Source of the DNA: Promethearchaeum syntrophicum
Lineage (GTDB): Archaea; Asgardarchaeota; Lokiarchaeia; Sigyniarchaeales; Promethearchaeaceae
Length of the DNA stretch: 32,000 nucleotides
Reading direction: 5' to 3'
Assembly: GCF_008000775.2 (NCBI RefSeq)
Contig: NZ_CP042905.2
Location: 3,600,001 to 3,632,000 of the forward strand
Shown: positions 28,133 to 32,000 of the stretch, one piece after another
Numbering within the stretch: the first letter of the stretch is position 1
Layout: the number at the start of each line of letters is the position of its first letter
Made by a program: the position numbers and the translations under genes
The notes under the pieces: generated by a model
The model's input: the letters and a program-made list of their open reading frames with translations, nothing else
Databases searched by the model: none
What the model was told of the DNA's origin: nothing

Positions 28133-29662
28133 TTATTCTTCGACTAAATTTTTCTTTTTGTTTCTATATTCTCTAAACCACGGAATTGCTAATGTGATGG
28201 ATGTCAAGATCCCCATAAAAACAAGATAAAATTGTTGAAATAGTATGTATTTATTAAATTCACCAAAATACATATCTGGGATATTTTCATAAGTCCAATT
28301 GCTCAGTACTCTAATTAATATATTTGGAATGAATACAAATACATTTAGAAGCAGTGCTCCCAAATAAATATTTTTCTTGAATTTGTGTTCTATGAAAAGC
28401 AATCCGAAATTAATGATTCCAAGTATTATTATTGAGATCGTATAAAATGACCACCCATACATCCAAGACGGAATAATTCCAATTAACTCAATAAAATATA
28501 TCATTTTGAGATAATTGTCATCGTTACTCAGTTCTTCTTTTAAATTACTTGAATTTATGAACAATTGAATCAAAGCCATAACTTGGAACATAATAAACAC
28601 TATCCCACTAAAACTAAAAAGGATAGTAAGTTCTGCCCACCTGAAAGGAAAATAAAAAACAAAATCAGATATAGCAAATAAGCTTCCCGAAATAAATATT
28701 CCATAGAGAATTAATGGTAAATTAATTTTAATTTTGGATGCATTTCTATATTTTACAACGATGACACCAATCACTGCACTTAATATGGTAATAATTAGAA
28801 ATTGTGTGATAAAACTATAACCAACAAAAACGGACACAAAATTTCCTACAGTAAAATAGAAAGTGAAGAATAAAAGATTCAATTGATCTTTTTTAGATCC
28901 CGAAAGAAGGGAAACTCCAATTCCCAAACAACTGACTATGAATATCACCAAAAATAAAGCTTGAGGACTTTCTACAATTTTTGTCCCGAGATCAGTTTCT
29001 CTCCAATAAGTAAAAGAGAGGATTCCCAGAAAACAAAGATATTGAATACCAAATAAAATTACATTTTTACCTTTCTCTTGATCACGGGGTTTAAGGGACA
29101 GCCAAATAGAAATTATTGCAATAATGATGCTAATTGATAACAGAACATAAAAAATAATTTCGAAGGTATGATTGTATCCCCAAAGAATTCCTACAAGATG
29201 TGAAGTGAAAATTAGAATGATATCCAGAATTATTATTAGGATAGAAAAAATCATTGAAAACTTAATCTCCTTTCCAGCAACCGAGATGCGATATAAACTT
29301 GGTTCGGAGGATTTTTCACTTGTATCTTCCGCATTCATTCCTGATTTAATTTGAATATTTTTTTGTTCCTTTTTATTTATTCCAATGAGAAACACTATAA
29401 GAATTAAAATCAGGGTGACTGCCATTATAAAAGGAATAAAATCAGCTTGGAAAAAATCAGAGAAAAAATTTGAAATTATTCCCGAAATTGAATCAATTCC
29501 CATTGTACTTCCTAAATTATTCAATTTTACTGTAAGGTATGCAAAAAAAACATAGGGAATAAATATCATCAATAAAAATTGTAAATTTTTCTTAAATTGG
29601 ATTCTATTTTTTCCTTTTTCTTCCTGAGTTTGGGAAGCCAGTATGGGTGCTTTCGACGCCAT
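28133..29662 (-). CDS. polytopic membrane protein, copy A of tandem paralog pair
   Basis: Track ORF 28133..29686 begins at TTG; likely ATG is 29662 (MASKAPILASQTQEE). Many TM segments; close paralog of 30097..31623. Confidence 0.75.
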   Translation of the reverse strand: MASKAPILASQTQEEKGKNRIQFKKNLQFLLMIFIPYVFFAYLTVKLNNLGSTMGIDSISGIISNFFSDFFQADFIPFIMAVTLILILIVFLIGINKKEQKNIQIKSGMNAEDTSEKSSEPSLYRISVAGKEIKFSMIFSILIIILDIILIFTSHLVGILWGYNHTFEIIFYVLLSISIIIAIISIWLSLKPRDQEKGKNVILFGIQYLCFLGILSFTYWRETDLGTKIVESPQALFLVIFIVSCLGIGVSLLSGSKKDQLNLLFFTFYFTVGNFVSVFVGYSFITQFLIITILSAVIGVIVVKYRNASKIKINLPLILYGIFISGSLFAISDFVFYFPFRWAELTILFSFSGIVFIMFQVMALIQLFINSSNLKEELSNDDNYLKMIYFIELIGIIPSWMYGWSFYTISIIILGIINFGLLFIEHKFKKNIYLGALLLNVFVFIPNILIRVLSNWTYENIPDMYFGEFNKYILFQQFYLVFMGILTSITLAIPWFREYRNKKKNLVEE

Positions 29663-29708
29663 AAATGTATTAAATGAAAACGACAATATAGTTAGATCCC
29701 TTTATATT

Positions 29709-29746
29709 CATATGACACCATATGATACCATATGATGCCTTATGAT
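29709..29746. promoter_or_regulatory. 10-bp-phased CATATG repeat array, copy A
   Basis: CATATGACAC CATATGATAC CATATGATGC CTTATGAT. Confidence 0.6.
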
Positions 29747-29863
29747 TTTTCATTGATTTTTTCAATTTTATTTTTATGAAATTCCTTCTTGGTTTTTTCT
29801 GCTAAATGGGGGGAGAATAAATGGTAAAGCTATCCAATAGAATGGAATAAGACACAGTTCAAC
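29739..29863 (-). pseudogene. relic of MFS transporter 3' end
   Basis: Reverse complement reads VELCLIPFYWIALPFILP then frameshifts at a C-run (6 C versus 5 C in the intact MFS copy VELCLIPFYWIAVTFILPHLAEKTKKE). Confidence 0.82.
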
Positions 29864-29942
29864 AAGCAAAGAAGATTAGCAGAATCTTCATGGGATTTCC
29901 TAAATATCCTTAAAGACTTGTGAAATATTGTAGAACCAAAGC
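29864..29942 (+). pseudogene. relic of LRR gene 3' end
   Basis: AKKISRIFMGFPKYP*RLVKYCRTK versus VKKISRTFLGYAKYPQRLVKYCKDN of the intact LRR gene; TAA replaces CAA. Confidence 0.85.
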
Positions 29943-30096
29943 ACATTATGAATGAATGTGGTTAAATCAACAAGAAATTATCATCCCATAAGCAAAAAGT
30001 GAAAAAAAACCGAGTTATTCTCGGTCAGTGGTCATCTGGACCTCAAAGCAGATGATCATAGCATCGGGTTAATTACTTCTATCTGTAAAAAAAATA

Positions 30097-31623
30097 TTAT
30101 TCTTCGACTAGATTTTTCTTTTTGTTTCTATATTCTTTAAACCACGGAATTGCTAATGTGATGGATGTCAAAATCCCCATAATAACAATATAAAATGGTT
30201 GATATTCTACGTATTCGTATCCACTAAGGTCACTTTCATAGATCCAATTGCTCAATAATATAATTAATATATTTGTAATGAATACAATTAAATTAAGAAG
30301 CAACGCTCCCAAATTAATATTTTTCTTGAATTTATGTTCCGTGAAAAGTAATCCGAAATTAAGGATTCCGAGTATTATTATTGAGATCGTATAAATTGAC
30401 CACCCTTCCATCCAAGACGGAAAAATTCCAATTAACTCAATAAAATATAACATTTTAAGATAATTGTCATCGTTACTCAGTTCTTCTTTTAAATTACTTG
30501 AATTTATGAACAATTGAATCAAAGCCATAGCTTGGAACACAATAAACACAATCCCAATAAAAATAAAATGGATGGTAAGTTCTGCACTCCTGAAAGAACT
30601 TCCTAAAATAAATTCATAGATAGCAAAAGAGCTTCCCGAAATAATTAATCCATAGAGAATTAGCGGTAAATTAATTTTAATTTTGGAATTATTTTTATAC
30701 TTAATAACAATGAAACCAATCACTGCACTTAATATGCTAAAAATTAGAAATTGTTTAATATACAGTAAACCGGCATTATATCCAAAAACGGACACAAAAT
30801 TTCCTACTGTAAAATAGAAACTGAAGAATAAAATATTCAATTGATCTTTCTTAGATCCCGAAAGAAGGGAAACTCCAATTCCCAGACAACTGACTACAAA
30901 TATCACCAAAAATAATAATTGAGGACTTTCTACTATTTTTATTCCATTACCGAAACCAGTTTCACTCCAATAAGTTAAAGAGAGAATTACCAGAAAACAA
31001 AGATATTGAATTCCAAATAAAATTAAATTTTTACCTTTCTCTTGCTCACGGGGTTTAAGAGAGAGCCAAATAGAAATTATTGCAATAATGATGCTAATTG
31101 ATAGCAGAATATAAAAAATAATTTCGGAAGTTTGATTATATCCCCAAAGAATTCCTACAAGATGTGCAGTGAACATTAGAATGATATCCAGAATCAATAT
31201 TATTATAGAAAAAATCAGCGAAAACTTAATCTCCTTTCCAGCAACCGAGATGCGATATAAAATTGGTTCGGCGGATTTTTCACTTGTTTCTTCCGCCTTC
31301 ATTCCCGATTTAAATTGATTTTTTTTATGTTCCTTTTTACTTATTACAATGATAAACGCTATAAGAATTAAAATCATGGTGACTGCAATTATATAAGGAA
31401 GGAAATCAGCTTGGAAAATATCAGAGAAAAATCTTGAAATAATTTCCCAAAATGAATCAACTCCCAGTCTATATCCTATATATTTCAATTTTAATGAGAA
31501 GTATGCTAGAAAAACATAGGGAATAAATATCATCAAAAAAATGTGTAAATTGTTCTTAAATTGAATTTTTGTTTCATTTTCTTCCGAAGTGTGGGAAGCC
31601 AGTATGGGTGCTTTCGACGCCAT
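30097..31623 (-). CDS. polytopic membrane protein, copy B of tandem paralog pair
   Basis: Track ORF 30097..31647 begins at TTG; likely ATG 31623 (MASKAPILASHTSEE). Highly similar to 28133..29662 along the full length. Confidence 0.75.
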   Translation of the reverse strand: MASKAPILASHTSEENETKIQFKNNLHIFLMIFIPYVFLAYFSLKLKYIGYRLGVDSFWEIISRFFSDIFQADFLPYIIAVTMILILIAFIIVISKKEHKKNQFKSGMKAEETSEKSAEPILYRISVAGKEIKFSLIFSIIILILDIILMFTAHLVGILWGYNQTSEIIFYILLSISIIIAIISIWLSLKPREQEKGKNLILFGIQYLCFLVILSLTYWSETGFGNGIKIVESPQLLFLVIFVVSCLGIGVSLLSGSKKDQLNILFFSFYFTVGNFVSVFGYNAGLLYIKQFLIFSILSAVIGFIVIKYKNNSKIKINLPLILYGLIISGSSFAIYEFILGSSFRSAELTIHFIFIGIVFIVFQAMALIQLFINSSNLKEELSNDDNYLKMLYFIELIGIFPSWMEGWSIYTISIIILGILNFGLLFTEHKFKKNINLGALLLNLIVFITNILIILLSNWIYESDLSGYEYVEYQPFYIVIMGILTSITLAIPWFKEYRNKKKNLVEE

Positions 31624-31669
31624 AAATGTGATAAACGAAAACGACAATATAGTTAGATCCCTTCATATT

Positions 31670-31707
31670 CATATGATACCATATGTCACCATATGATGCC
31701 TTATGAT
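31670..31707. promoter_or_regulatory. 10-bp-phased CATATG repeat array, copy B
   Basis: CATATGATAC CATATGTCAC CATATGATGC CTTATGAT; overlaps the stop codon of the upstream MFS gene. Confidence 0.6.
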
Positions 31708-32000
31708 TTTTCATTTGTTTTTTCTATTTTATCATTATGAAGTTCTTTCTTGGTTTTTTCTGCTAAATGGGGGAGAATAAAGGTTACAGCAATCCAATAG
31801 AAAGGGATTAGACATAACTCAACATATATAGAAATCAGGAAGGGTGCTGTGGGATCAATTTTATCCCATGCTAAGCCGCCAAAAAGAGGTCCAGCAATAT
31901 TACCAATATTAATGAATAATTTTTGAAGACCAAAGATTTTTCCTCTATTATTTATAGAAATCCTGCTAAGTAGATTTTGCACTGAGAGCCCAGCAACGGA
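31701..32000 (-). CDS. MFS transporter, C-terminal part, truncated by window edge
   Basis: MQNLLSRISINNRGKIFGLQKLFINIGNIAGPLFGGLAWD...YWIAVTFILPHLAEKTKKE; ORF open toward the window end. Confidence 0.65.
   Translation of the reverse strand, partial: SVAGLSVQNLLSRISINNRGKIFGLQKLFINIGNIAGPLFGGLAWDKIDPTAPFLISIYVELCLIPFYWIAVTFILPHLAEKTKKELHNDKIEKTNEKS

Larger units (their letters stand above)
27707..31823. repeat. tandem segmental duplication: unit A about 27707..29863, unit B about 29864..31823
   Basis: Each unit = LRR 3' tail + intergenic hairpins + membrane gene + CATATG array + MFS 3' tail; unit B is about 190 bp shorter in the LRR-to-gene intergenic. Confidence 0.8.

Noticed and set aside
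29709-29746. CATATG repeats as a CRISPR-like array
   Set aside because: Repeats are 10 bp, directly adjacent with no spacers, and located at a promoter; not CRISPR. No cas genes in the window.
1-32000. tRNA, rRNA, transposase or integrase genes
   Set aside because: Scanned by eye for T-loop-like GGTTCRANYCC segments, rRNA and IS signatures and found none I could support; a tool such as tRNAscan-SE would be needed to exclude them.

Overview
AT-rich 32 kb window, gene-dense on both strands, most likely from an archaeon and plausibly Asgard-like (inference from the Arf/Rag-type small GTPase with WDFGGQE and the geranylgeranyl-reductase-family protein; no rRNA or tRNA seen to prove it). Contents: M24 peptidase, HAD phosphatase, MFS transporters, SAM methyltransferase, a two-TM/double-RCK channel-like protein, a PIN/RHH toxin-antitoxin pair, Hsp20, a PadR regulator, a geranylgeranyl reductase family protein, a secreted propeller-like protein, a secreted C45-like Ntn hydrolase, a small GTPase, a NUDIX-MNT-HEPN cluster, GlpA/GlpB, a two-subunit ThDP decarboxylase (sulfopyruvate/phosphonopyruvate type), GNAT, TPR and LRR proteins, and two tandem paralogous polytopic membrane proteins. 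The strongest finding is a gene broken in the ORF track. At 23109..23612 (+) a continuous peroxiredoxin-like reading frame is interrupted only by two in-frame TGA codons, placed at the two positions of the family's redox CxxC motif (RGNF-U-SH-U-NKFF). This is a candidate double-selenocysteine (UxxU) selenoprotein, with a perfect 11-bp stem-loop starting 9 nt after its stop codon as a SECIS candidate. Other notable observations: (a) a roughly 2 kb tandem duplication carrying a membrane gene plus decayed 3' ends of its LRR and MFS neighbours; (b) a shared promoter/5'-coding module with 10-bp-phased CATATG repeats in front of three genes; (c) 3'-end gene relics acting as direct repeats around the C45 gene and around the PIN/RHH module; (d) a channel-like protein with a non-canonical selectivity-filter region. 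All similarity statements are by eye; no searches or folding programs were run.
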